Source: Planctomycetota bacterium (GTDB lineage: Bacteria > Planctomycetota > UBA8108 > SXIK01). Taken from it: 64,000 nucleotides of DNA. The position numbers and the translations under genes are program-made. Below, piece by piece: positions 22,160 through 31,418 of the stretch (positions are counted from its first letter, which is position 1; the number at the start of each line of letters is the position of its first letter). Below the pieces are notes generated by a model, which was not told the origin of the DNA, searched no databases, and saw only the letters and a program-made list of their open reading frames with translations. Where the stretch lies: contig CBDCXR010000004.1 in assembly GCA_965223845.1 (NCBI GenBank), forward strand, positions 2,976,001 through 3,040,000, read 5' to 3'.

Positions 22160-23242
22160 ATGTCGCACGAGTGGATCCAGGACGCGATCACCGCGATCGA
22201 CGCAGACTTTCAGCGGTCCGCGGACACGCATCTCATCCGCCTCCCCGTCGCGAGCCTTCCGGGCATCGCGATCTACCTGAAGGACGAATCGATCCATCCG
22301 TCCGGAAGCCTCAAGCACCGCCTCGCCCGGTCGCTCTTCCTCTACGGAATCTGCAACGGATGGATCAACGAAGGAACTCCGATCGTCGAAGCTTCATCGG
22401 GGAGCACGGCGATCAGCGAGGCTTACTTCGCCGGTCTACTCGGACTCCCTTTCCATACGGTGATCCCTGCGAGCACCTCGAAAGAAAAGGTGAGCAAGAT
22501 CGAGTTCCTCGGTGGTACGTGTCACCTCGTCGAGGGACGCGACATCTACGGCGCGGCCGAAGCACTCGCGCGCGAGCTCGGCGGGCACTACATGGACCAG
22601 TTCACGAACGCCGAGCGCGCCACCGACTGGCGAGCGAACAACAACATCGCCGAATCGATGTTCCGCCAGCTCGAGCTCGAGCCCTCACCAGAACCGAGCT
22701 GGGTCGTGGTTTCCGCCGGAACCGGCGGAACCTCGGCGACGATCGGCCGTTACATCCGCTACCAAAAGCTGTCGACACGCCTCTGCGTCGCCGATCCCGA
22801 AAACTCGGTGTTCTTCGACTACTATTCCAGCCTCGATTCGAGCCTTACGCACGATCGTCCGTCGCGCATCGAAGGGATCGGACGTCCGCGCGTCGAGCCG
22901 TCCTTCGTTCCAACCGTGATCGATCGCATGATGCGCGTCCCCGACGCGGCCGCGATGGCGTCGCTCGAAGTGCTCGAACGCCTTCTCGATCGAAAGTGCG
23001 GTGGATCAACCGGCACGAACTTCTGGGCGACCATGCAGATCGTCGCAGAAATGATCGCGCGCGGCGCGACGGGGAGCGTCGTGACGCTCATTTGTGACGG
23101 CGGCGAGCGCTATCTCGAATCCTATTTCAATCCCGACTGGATCGCGCGCGAGGGACTCGATCCCGTTCCGTATCGGGGTTGGCTCGACGAGTTTCTGGAG
23201 ACGGGTTCGCCACCGGAGTCAGTCAGCCTCCGGGACGTGTAG
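22160..23242 (+). CDS. cds1: PLP-dependent cysteine synthase family protein, Cds1-type L-cysteine desulfhydrase
   Basis: ADFQRSADTHL, YLKDESIHPSGSLKHRLARSLFLYGICNGWI, EASSGSTAISEAY, MDQFTNAERATDWR, IEGIGRPRVEPSF, GGSTGTN match the Cds1 (Rv3684-like) subfamily. Start ATG 22160. Confidence 0.85.
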   Translation: MSHEWIQDAITAIDADFQRSADTHLIRLPVASLPGIAIYLKDESIHPSGSLKHRLARSLFLYGICNGWINEGTPIVEASSGSTAISEAYFAGLLGLPFHTVIPASTSKEKVSKIEFLGGTCHLVEGRDIYGAAEALARELGGHYMDQFTNAERATDWRANNNIAESMFRQLELEPSPEPSWVVVSAGTGGTSATIGRYIRYQKLSTRLCVADPENSVFFDYYSSLDSSLTHDRPSRIEGIGRPRVEPSFVPTVIDRMMRVPDAAAMASLEVLERLLDRKCGGSTGTNFWATMQIVAEMIARGATGSVVTLICDGGERYLESYFNPDWIAREGLDPVPYRGWLDEFLETGSPPESVSLRDV

Positions 23243-23306
23243 TCGCGATTCGCTCGACCGATCGATCCCCCGTCTCGAGCGATTCGGGTCATCTCGAGGG
23301 AAGATT

Positions 23307-23604
23307 TCACACGAAGGACGCGAAGGGGACGCGAGGGAAGACGAAGGAAGAGAGAGAAAACGAGGAGCTCCAGAGTGACGCCGCCGAGTGCGCTCGATCA
23401 CGGATCGGTCGCATTCGGCAGGTAGAGCAGGAAAACAGCTTCGTAGAGGAGCAGTTATCCACTCATTCTGCCCAACGTTGAGGCGAGACTGGCTTCGTTC
23501 AATCCATCGGGATCGACGAAACGATTCAGCCGAGTCTCTCGAACTCTTACACTACCTATCTCTCCTTCGTCTTCCTTCGCGTCCCCTTCGCGCTCTTCGT
23601 GTGA
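23307..23604. repeat. Non-coding element bounded by 42-bp terminal inverted repeats (REP/MITE-like)
   Basis: 23307-23348 TCACACGAAGGACGCGAAGGGGACGCGAGGGAAGACGAAGGA against the reverse complement of 23563-23604 TCACACGAAGAGCGCGAAGGGGACGCGAAGGAAGACGAAGGA: 39/42 identical. Lies between convergent genes. Confidence 0.8.
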
Positions 23605-23635
23605 CCCTCTTCTCAGACGTCGATATGCTCAGAGG

Positions 23636-24376
23636 TCATCGAACCGACCCCCAGAGCTTGACGAGCAGCTCGAACATCCCGGGGTCGTGCTCCTTCAACT
23701 CCGCACGCACGAACGGATAGAAGTCGTTCACGCCAAAGTACGCCTCCGTCGCCTCGGCGAAGTACTCCTTGTGATTCGACAGACCGTAGTGCCGCACCTT
23801 CGCGCCCGTGTAGAGAAGGACGTTCTCATAGATTCCCTTCTCCTTCGCCGCGTCGAACGCGGCGCGCACGCCCGAGTGGTCGAATCCGAGAACCTGGTCG
23901 TGGTAGGCGTGCGCGAGCTCGTGGAGGACGACGTAGGGATGCTTCGCCCACATGTGCGGCGCGAAGAGTGCCTTCGCGCGCGGGATGTGGACGTGCTTCT
24001 CGAGGCGCGGATCGTGGCCGTTTGCGACGAGCCAGCCGCGGCTCGGGTGGTACTGCATATTCTTCAGCGAATGCTGCAGATCGACCCAGATCCTGAGCTT
24101 CCGCAGCTCCGCCAGTCGCTCGGCCGGGACGATGTATTTGATTCGCTGGAGATGGTTCGCGAGCGCCTCGAGTGCGAGCTGGCTCGTCTCGGCGTTTTCT
24201 TTCTCGAGAAGAGCGGGATCCAGCGCGACGGTCCAGCCCTCGATGTTGCGTTCGATGGGGTCATAGAACGCCGCGCCGGATTTCTTTTCTTCGCCGGCGA
24301 CGCCGTAACCGACAGCGAGCCCGACGAGGAGAATCGTCGCCGCGCGCCGCGGGGAGAGAATCATCGCGTGAAACAT
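23636..24376 (-). CDS. Secreted zinc metallopeptidase (HExxH; MtfA/anthrax lethal factor-like zincin)
   Basis: Signal peptide; VVLHELAHAYH and the downstream Y..SNHKEYFAE motif. Start 24376 or 24364. The longer ORF-track extension overlaps the cyclase gene. Confidence 0.8.
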   Translation of the reverse strand: MFHAMILSPRRAATILLVGLAVGYGVAGEEKKSGAAFYDPIERNIEGWTVALDPALLEKENAETSQLALEALANHLQRIKYIVPAERLAELRKLRIWVDLQHSLKNMQYHPSRGWLVANGHDPRLEKHVHIPRAKALFAPHMWAKHPYVVLHELAHAYHDQVLGFDHSGVRAAFDAAKEKGIYENVLLYTGAKVRHYGLSNHKEYFAEATEAYFGVNDFYPFVRAELKEHDPGMFELLVKLWGSVR

Positions 24377-24453
24377 GAACTGCGCCTTTCGTCGCGAATG
24401 GAATGGACCGGGCGAATGACCTGGAGTCGAACGCCCTTCTATCGACGGTATCG

Positions 24454-26181
24454 TCAGTAGACGCAAATCGCCCGTCCCGGACCGCCGTGGCATCCCCGGA
24501 CCTTGACCGCGGCGAACAGAAAGTAGGGATCGCTCTCCGAAGGAATCTCGCCGAGTCCGGTGAGAAACTCGACGCCGACCATCCCCTTCGAACCGAGTGC
24601 CCAATACGCCATCAGAGCGCGCTTCGGCTCGACGCCGCCGAGAGTCGGTGCGTCGATCGCGATGCACCGCACGCCCTTCGAGGCGAGGTAGACGATCGCG
24701 TCCGGCCCGGGCGCGGGCCAGCCTTCGCTCCGGCCGTTGAGAGGATCGGCGAAACACGCCGAGCCCTCCGGCAGCGGCGCGAAGGTTCGATCGACGTGCC
24801 CCGTGCGAAAGATCGCGATGTCTCCCGCCCGGAGCGGTCCGTCCTTCTCCTCCGCGCTCCGAATGTGCGCGGCGGAGATTTCGGGAGACGCCGGCCACGC
24901 AGAGCGGACGGTCGTTCCGGCGAGGCTTCGAACATCGATGATGCGAGCTCGGCCACAGGTTTGTGAGAGCGGGACCTGTTCCGTCGTGACGCGGGTCGTC
25001 CCGCGCTCACCGTGCTTCGCCTCGTATTCGGCAAGCCACGCTCGAACTTCCGGCGAATAGGTCGCATCGTCGAATCCGGGTTCGGGAAGCGCATACGCCG
25101 GCGGGACGAGATGCGTCCCGACGTGACTGTCCATGAGGTGAGTGTTGTGCCAGTAGTCGATCGGCGGGGAGTAGAGAAAGTCGATTCGCATGTACGGTTG
25201 GCGGTGCCGGCCGACACCGACGCCCGGAGAAGAAACCGGAAGGTCACGATCGAGCGCGACCGAGAGATCAACGACGCGTTTCTTCCGTACCGACTCGATC
25301 AGGCGGCTCGCGAGAGGATTTCCGACGATCGCGAATGCGCGTCCCTCGCCGTACGCCCCGCCGACGTGCTTCGGTCCCATCATGCAGTAGAACGCGCCGG
25401 TCGTCGGAAGCTCACCGAGACGCGTCGCGCCTTCGGTGAAGATTCCGCCGTGCTCGAGTCCCGCGACGTGCGTCAGATTCGCGAGCTCCGGAATCGGCCC
25501 CATGCTCGGGCTGTCCGTGCCCATGTGCATAACGCCGCGAGCGGCGACCGCTTCGAGGCAGGACGGATGCGGATTCGGATATCCGGGGATCTTCTTCTCG
25601 AGGCAGTCCGCGATGAAACGGCGTCCCTCGGGAAACGGGCGGTAATAGAGATCCGAGTAGTCGCTTCGAAAAAGCGCGACGTCTCCGGCGCGCAATCGTC
25701 GGTGTTTCCGCTCCCACGCCTCGACGTGTGACGTCTGAACGAGCGGACTCTCCCCCGGTGGAGCCTTGCCGCGGAGCGCGCGAATGTCGATCACGCACGC
25801 CTCGCCGCAAAACTGCCACGCGGGGATCTTTTCCGTGAAAAGAACGCCGGCCGGTCCCTCGAACTCGAGTCCCGACCCGGGCTTCGGAATCGAGTGGGGC
25901 GGCGTGTCCATCTGCGTGCCGGTGTTCGGATCGAGGCTGAGGATGTCGACGTTGTACGCACTGTGCGGCCCGATGCGGGCGTGCGGGATCAGACGAAACG
26001 GCGGCCATCCGTCCGGCCAAGTGCACGGATAGTCCTCCGCGACAATCAGAGAAAGGTCGACGAATCGAGGTTCGGCCGCCGAACTGCGCCCGGCCGAGAG
26101 CGAGAGGAACGAGAAAACCGTCCCGGCGAAGATCGCAAGCGAAACGAATGGTCGGTTCATCGGAAACCAAGAGTTGGACAT
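24454..26181 (-). CDS. Exported tandem (two-domain) cyclase/kynurenine formamidase family protein
   Basis: Two repeats of VDLS...GTx.xxP...GEA/GRA.xID...GD..xFR...TD/ID.P...E...L...G..RA. Signal peptide. Start 26181 or 26160. Confidence 0.82.
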   Translation of the reverse strand: MSNSWFPMNRPFVSLAIFAGTVFSFLSLSAGRSSAAEPRFVDLSLIVAEDYPCTWPDGWPPFRLIPHARIGPHSAYNVDILSLDPNTGTQMDTPPHSIPKPGSGLEFEGPAGVLFTEKIPAWQFCGEACVIDIRALRGKAPPGESPLVQTSHVEAWERKHRRLRAGDVALFRSDYSDLYYRPFPEGRRFIADCLEKKIPGYPNPHPSCLEAVAARGVMHMGTDSPSMGPIPELANLTHVAGLEHGGIFTEGATRLGELPTTGAFYCMMGPKHVGGAYGEGRAFAIVGNPLASRLIESVRKKRVVDLSVALDRDLPVSSPGVGVGRHRQPYMRIDFLYSPPIDYWHNTHLMDSHVGTHLVPPAYALPEPGFDDATYSPEVRAWLAEYEAKHGERGTTRVTTEQVPLSQTCGRARIIDVRSLAGTTVRSAWPASPEISAAHIRSAEEKDGPLRAGDIAIFRTGHVDRTFAPLPEGSACFADPLNGRSEGWPAPGPDAIVYLASKGVRCIAIDAPTLGGVEPKRALMAYWALGSKGMVGVEFLTGLGEIPSESDPYFLFAAVKVRGCHGGPGRAICVY

Positions 26182-26301
26182 CGCCGGTAGTCGGTGCGAT
26201 CCGTGGATCCCTGGAGTCACATGCGGAGCCCGGGGTAAAATCGTAGCCGCATTCGATCTCTCGGAGAAAGATTCGATCCCTCTACGAAAGAGGACCCTAC
26301 G

Positions 26302-27642
26302 ATGCATCGCCGACATTTTCTTCGCACCGCCGCCGGGCTCGGCGCTGCCGCTCTCGCCCGTCCCGGATTCGCCGCAGATCTCGCCGACCAGAAACTCCTT
26401 CGCGCCGGACTCATCGGGTCCGGTTGGTACGGGAAGTGCGATCTCCTCCGGCTCATCCAAGTGACTCCGGTCGAGGTGATTTCGCTCTGCGACGTCGATC
26501 GGAAGATGCTCAGCGAAGCGGCGGACCTCGTCGCCTCGCGCCAGGCGTCGAAGAAGAAGCCGCGGACGTACAGCGACTATCGCGAGATGCTGAAGGAGCG
26601 CGATCTCGACGTCGTGCTCGTCGGGACGCCCGATCACTGGCACGCACTCCCGATGATCGCCGCCGTCGAAGCCGGCGCGGACGTTTACGTGCAGAAGCCG
26701 ATCGGGGTCGACGTCCGCGAAGGCCAAGCGATGGTCGCAGCGGCGCGGAAGCACAAGCGCGTCGTGCAAGTGGGAACGCAGAGGCGCAGCACTCCGCATC
26801 TCATCGAAGCGCGCGACCGCGTGATCCGGGAAGGACTCCTCGGCCGCGTCGCGCACGTCGAGGTGTACTGCTACTACCACATGCGCGCGCGCGGCAACCC
26901 GCCGGACACTGCGCCGCCCGAGCACCTCGACTACGAAATGTGGACTGGCCCCGCGCCGATGCGTCCCTACAACTCGCTCGTCCACCCGCGCCGCTGGCGC
27001 GCGTTCATGGAATACAGCAACGGCATCCTCGGCGACATGTGCATCCACATGCTCGACATGGTGCGCTGGATGCTCGAGCTCGGCTGGCCGAAGCGCATCG
27101 CGTCGTCCGGCGGAATCTTCGTTCAGAAAGACGCGAAGGCGAACACGACCGACACGCAGACGGCGACCTTCGACTTCGGCGAGCTCACCGTCACCTGGCA
27201 GCACCGAAGCTGGGGCTCGCCCCCCGACCCGGAGTACCCGTGGGGCGCGACGATCTACGGCGAGAAGGGAACGCTGCGGGCGAGCGTCCACCGCTACGAC
27301 TTCACCCCGCGCGGGAAGAAGGAACCGACACTGAGCGGCAAAGCGCTCATGGAACTCGACGAGTATCCGGAAGACAAGACCGAGAAAGATCTCGAGCTCC
27401 ACGTCGCGTCAGCGAACCGCTGGCACCAAAAGGACTTCGTCCGCGCGATCCAAAGCCGAGGCAAGCCGGTCGCAGACATCATGGAGGGACACATCTCGAC
27501 GACGAGCTGCGTCCTCGCGAATCTGGCGCTCGATCTTGGGCGGTCGCTCACCTGGGACGCGGAGAAAGAACAGGTCGTCGGGGACGACGAGGCGAACGCG
27601 CGGCTGGCTCGGCCTTATCGGGCGCCTTGGGTGCATCCGTAG
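26302..27642 (+). CDS. Tat-exported Gfo/Idh/MocA oxidoreductase
   Basis: MHRRHFL; GLIGSGWYGK, GTPDHWH, DVYVQKP, WTGPAP, GDMCIHMLD. Confidence 0.92.
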   Translation: MHRRHFLRTAAGLGAAALARPGFAADLADQKLLRAGLIGSGWYGKCDLLRLIQVTPVEVISLCDVDRKMLSEAADLVASRQASKKKPRTYSDYREMLKERDLDVVLVGTPDHWHALPMIAAVEAGADVYVQKPIGVDVREGQAMVAAARKHKRVVQVGTQRRSTPHLIEARDRVIREGLLGRVAHVEVYCYYHMRARGNPPDTAPPEHLDYEMWTGPAPMRPYNSLVHPRRWRAFMEYSNGILGDMCIHMLDMVRWMLELGWPKRIASSGGIFVQKDAKANTTDTQTATFDFGELTVTWQHRSWGSPPDPEYPWGATIYGEKGTLRASVHRYDFTPRGKKEPTLSGKALMELDEYPEDKTEKDLELHVASANRWHQKDFVRAIQSRGKPVADIMEGHISTTSCVLANLALDLGRSLTWDAEKEQVVGDDEANARLARPYRAPWVHP

Positions 27643-27746
27643 TGCGGTGTTACGCAAGCAGCGACAAAGCTCTCGCGAAGCCTGAAATCACCTCGGCTGG
27701 CGGCGCGAGCTGAACGGAGGAGCGCCGACATCATCGGCCGCGGAGC

Positions 27747-28850
27747 TCAGCGCGCCAACCCGATCGGGTTCAGCTTCTCCTTGAGCAGAACCAACGGGCT
27801 TCTACCGGAGGCCAAGAATCCCAGCCTACGGCTCTCGAGATCAAGAACGACGATTTGATCGCCGAGCTGATAAACCACCAGGTCACCGGGCAGCACCGTC
27901 GCGTTTCGAGTCCGCCAGGCAACGGTCGGGACCTCGAGACCGATCGCAACGCGCGATTGCGCGTTGCTCACGATTAGCCCTTGCCTGGCCCAATAGCCCA
28001 TTCGCACGGTCCTGCCGCGCTCGGTTTCCTCGCGAAAATCCCACGCCTCACCGAACAGATCCGTACGAGCTTCTAGCGCGACCGCTCTCCACTGCTCGGC
28101 GGATACAACGAATCCCAAATCAACCGACTTTCCGCGGCTCCAGCCACGGATGCGGTAGGTGTCGTTGGCCGTGTCCACCTGGGCGTGCAAGTCGGAATGG
28201 CTCCCGTCGAGTGACAGAGCAATCCGCCGATCCGAGCCGTTCAGTCGGATCCGATAGAGATCGCCGTCTTCGGGCGAAAGGAACAAGACTTCGGCCGTCG
28301 CGGGCAGTGAAGGAACGAGCTCCTCAGACGCTTCGAGCTCTGTATAGAGCGTGGTATCACTCGCGCTCAGATAAAACCAAACGAGAGCAGCGTAGGAGAG
28401 AACATGAACCGCGGCCGTCGCAAGCAGAGATTTCGAAGCCGCGTTCGGACGTCGCCGAATGAGCGAAAAGCAAAAGGGCCATTCGACGATGATAGTGGCG
28501 AGGAATGTCGTTAGGGCGAGAACACAAAGGTATTGCGGAAGGTAGTAAAAGAGCGTCGCCGGGGCCAATGACGCATTCGCGAATTCGCCGAGCCGAGGGA
28601 CGGTGAACACTCCGATCAGCGACGACGCGTAGTTGGCGGCGATCATGATCCCGACCGCCTTTGCGATTCCGACCTTAAGGATTCGTCCGAGCACGCATCC
28701 TTCGACCACCGCGATGATCAGGTTCCCGACGAGCAGGTGAATTAAGGGCGCCCACATGAGTGGGGTTCCCATGTTCGCGAGCGCCACATTCGGACACAGA
28801 ACTATTAGAGCCACCGCTGCTAAGCTCGACCTGCGTCTCAAGTCGCTCAC
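27747..28850 (-). CDS. Hypothetical membrane protein (signal plus about 4 TM helices and a soluble C-terminal domain)
   Basis: ALANMGTPLMWA leader; hydrophobic segments with ExxV, ANYAS and VEWPF; noticeably more A/T-ending codons than its neighbours. Confidence 0.7.
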   Translation of the reverse strand: MSDLRRRSSLAAVALIVLCPNVALANMGTPLMWAPLIHLLVGNLIIAVVEGCVLGRILKVGIAKAVGIMIAANYASSLIGVFTVPRLGEFANASLAPATLFYYLPQYLCVLALTTFLATIIVEWPFCFSLIRRRPNAASKSLLATAAVHVLSYAALVWFYLSASDTTLYTELEASEELVPSLPATAEVLFLSPEDGDLYRIRLNGSDRRIALSLDGSHSDLHAQVDTANDTYRIRGWSRGKSVDLGFVVSAEQWRAVALEARTDLFGEAWDFREETERGRTVRMGYWARQGLIVSNAQSRVAIGLEVPTVAWRTRNATVLPGDLVVYQLGDQIVVLDLESRRLGFLASGRSPLVLLKEKLNPIGLAR

Positions 28851-29076
28851 CGCTCTCGATCGGGTTGCGTGTTCTAGCTGCGACTCGTCATCTTACTGCG
28901 ACGTTCGCCACTCGCCAGCACAGGGCGGCAGAAGGCGCAGCGCCGATACGATACTCCCGGGAAATCGTCAAGAACGAAGCTCCGGGGGACGACGACCGGA
29001 CCGAGAGAGAAGAGTTCCGTTCCTGACGGTGATCTCGTCCTGTTCTCGTTTGGCGCCGACGTCGATCGTCCACACG

Positions 29077-31392
29077 TCAAGGAGCCCAAATCGTCGCCCC
29101 GATATACCGCTCCCCCCGCGGCGCATCGTGCAAGTAATAGACCGTCACGATCTTCCCGTCCGGCCGCTCGACCGTCCGCACATAGCCCGTGTCGCGTCCG
29201 CCGCAATCCGTTCGCAGAAGGATCGTCGGTGACCACGTGCGCCCGCCATCGTCGCTCAGCTTCGCGCGGATTCCAAAGGGCGGCGCACGGTAGCCGTACG
29301 TGAGACACAGCCGCCCGTCGCGGAGGCGGATCAGGCTCGGCGGGTTTCCCTCGCCGTTATTTGGAACGGGGATTCCCGCGGGCGCCCAGCTCGCTCCCCC
29401 ATCGACTGATCGGTACGTCTCGATGAATCTTCGCCGCCCCTCGCGACGCCGAACCGCGGTGAGAAACTCTTCGGCTCCGAGGCGCACGCTCGACGGCATG
29501 ATCGCGAAGCCTTCCGGCTCGGGTCCGATCGACCCGACGAGTTCCCAGGTCTTGCCGCCGTCCTTCGTGCGGGCGCTGACCGGGCGACCTTCGCGATCGT
29601 TCGCCTTCGCGGCCGTGAGGAACACCATGCAGTCGTGCTTTCCGAGGACGATGTAGTCTGTGCGTGCCGCGATCCCCTTCGTTCCGAGATCGGGAAAACG
29701 AAACGGACCGCTCCACGTCTTCCCGCGATCCGTCGAGTGCGAGAACCACGACGGCCCGCGGTGGTGGTTCGTCATGCGGATCGTGAACGCGAAGTCGGGA
29801 TGGTCGAACTCGATTCCCCCCGGGCAGTCCACCGGCTCCTTGTAATCGAGGTACGGCGCGGGAATCCCGTGAAGGGCGGGGCCCGTCGGGACGAGAAACC
29901 CGAGCGCGCCCGGATGCTCGAGCGACCACGTCTCGCCGCCGTCGAGACTGCGGGCGAGCCAATGCTCTTCCGGCTTCTCCGGATCGATCGCGTGCCGCCT
30001 CGGCCCGAGGTCGCGGGAGAATCCGACGCCGAATCCGACGAGGATTTCGTTCCCCCACGACCAAATACCGTGGTTCGCCGGCCAACCGCCAAAGCGTCCG
30101 CGCACGCGGAAGACTGCGCGATGGTCGACAAAGCTCGGCGGGCGCGACGCGCCGCGACCTCGGCTCTCCGTCGCACTGGCTGCGTCAGCGATCGGAGCTT
30201 GCCAGGAATGCGCGGGCTCGACATCTGCGAACGGCGTACGATCGAACCGACGCCCGTCCGGCGGCTCCTTCCCGTAGAACTCGCGATTCATGAACGCGAG
30301 GAGCGTCTGCCAATCTTCCACCAATTGATCGTGCTTGCCCTCGCGAAGAGCGATGCCGTTTCGATGCCCCGCACCGAGGAAGTTGAACACCTCCTGCGCC
30401 GCGACGAACGTCTGCTGCGTCCCGAGCGGATTCGCCCAGAGATCGTCCCGCGCCTCCGTCGAAAGAAGCGCTCGCGGTGCGACGAGCGCCTTGAGGAAAT
30501 GCTGATCGATCGGAAGCTGCGCCTCGCGTCCGGCAAATGCGCGGAGCCGCGGATGGAACCAGTAGCCGAACCGCTCGGGCTCGGTGATCTTCCCGAGCGT
30601 CTCGGACCGCGGCCCTTGGACTCGGAAGCACCCCGCGCCGCCGGCGCCGGATCCGTTCGGAGCGACGAGCGCGATCCGCTCATCGAGCGCGCCCGCGAGA
30701 AGCGCAGTTTTTCCGCCGCGCGAATGTCCCGTCGTTGCGATACGATTCGGATCGACCTCGGGGCGCGTGAGGAGATAGTTGACGACACACGAAGTCCCCC
30801 ACGCCCAAACGGCGATCGTCCCCCAGTCGTGCTCGGGATACGCCGACTGTGCCGGGCCGACGACGTCGCGCCGATCGGGATCGAGATCCTCGCGGTTGTA
30901 CTCGCAGACGATGTAGCCGTTCTGGATCAGCTCCTTCGCGATCGGGACGTGACCCGCTCCGCGGTCGTTCTTGATGATGACGGCGAACGGGCCTTCGCGT
31001 TTCGGCACGAGCAAACCGACGTTCATTCGGATCGCGTGCCCCGGCCCCATCGCGAGGACGAGTCGCTCTTCGATCGCAGCACCGCCGTCGACGACCCGCG
31101 TCGTTCGCTCGGCCACGGTGATGTTGTCCGGCACCCGAGGCATCGAGCCGTACTCGTAGTAGAGAATCGCACTCTTCATCTCTTCGCGTCGAAGCTCCCA
31201 GTCCGCGCGCGTCGAGACGCGCGATCCGTCGACGAACCGAAACGGGTCGGGTAGCTCTTCGATCGCCGGGAGGGGTCCGGTCGGGGGAAGATACGGCCGA
31301 CGCTCGTCGTCGGCTCTGACAGACGGATTCGAGGCGAGCGCGAGTAGCACCGAGGCGAGAAGCGTCGAATGGCGAGGGAACACTGCGGACAC
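29077..31392 (-). CDS. CE15-like (glucuronoyl esterase-like) esterase fused to a BNR/Asp-box sialidase-like propeller
   Basis: LPDPF, WGTIAVWAWG, GHSRGGK, SGAGG, LPIDQH, DLWANP in the N-terminal part; five Asp boxes (SLDGGETW, STDRGKTW, TKDGGKTW, SVDGGASW, SDDGGRTW) in the C-terminal part. Start GTG 31392 behind GAGG. Confidence 0.82.
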   Translation of the reverse strand: MSAVFPRHSTLLASVLLALASNPSVRADDERRPYLPPTGPLPAIEELPDPFRFVDGSRVSTRADWELRREEMKSAILYYEYGSMPRVPDNITVAERTTRVVDGGAAIEERLVLAMGPGHAIRMNVGLLVPKREGPFAVIIKNDRGAGHVPIAKELIQNGYIVCEYNREDLDPDRRDVVGPAQSAYPEHDWGTIAVWAWGTSCVVNYLLTRPEVDPNRIATTGHSRGGKTALLAGALDERIALVAPNGSGAGGAGCFRVQGPRSETLGKITEPERFGYWFHPRLRAFAGREAQLPIDQHFLKALVAPRALLSTEARDDLWANPLGTQQTFVAAQEVFNFLGAGHRNGIALREGKHDQLVEDWQTLLAFMNREFYGKEPPDGRRFDRTPFADVEPAHSWQAPIADAASATESRGRGASRPPSFVDHRAVFRVRGRFGGWPANHGIWSWGNEILVGFGVGFSRDLGPRRHAIDPEKPEEHWLARSLDGGETWSLEHPGALGFLVPTGPALHGIPAPYLDYKEPVDCPGGIEFDHPDFAFTIRMTNHHRGPSWFSHSTDRGKTWSGPFRFPDLGTKGIAARTDYIVLGKHDCMVFLTAAKANDREGRPVSARTKDGGKTWELVGSIGPEPEGFAIMPSSVRLGAEEFLTAVRRREGRRRFIETYRSVDGGASWAPAGIPVPNNGEGNPPSLIRLRDGRLCLTYGYRAPPFGIRAKLSDDGGRTWSPTILLRTDCGGRDTGYVRTVERPDGKIVTVYYLHDAPRGERYIGATIWAP

Positions 31393-31418
31393 GGAACCAC
31401 CTCGAGTGAAGACGAGCC

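Noticed and set aside
23456-23464. TTATCCACT resembling a DnaA box
   Set aside because: Single 8/9 match with no cluster, no AT-rich unwinding region and no origin-associated genes.
23307-23604. Possible CRISPR array or autonomous IS
   Set aside because: The repeats are inverted rather than a direct repeat-spacer array. There is no cas gene or transposase, and I could not identify a target-site duplication.
26182-27402. Long N-terminal extension of the cyclase ORF (982 aa in the track)
   Set aside because: It is antisense to the real Gfo/Idh/MocA gene at 26302-27642. The cyclase signal peptide starts at 26181 or 26160.
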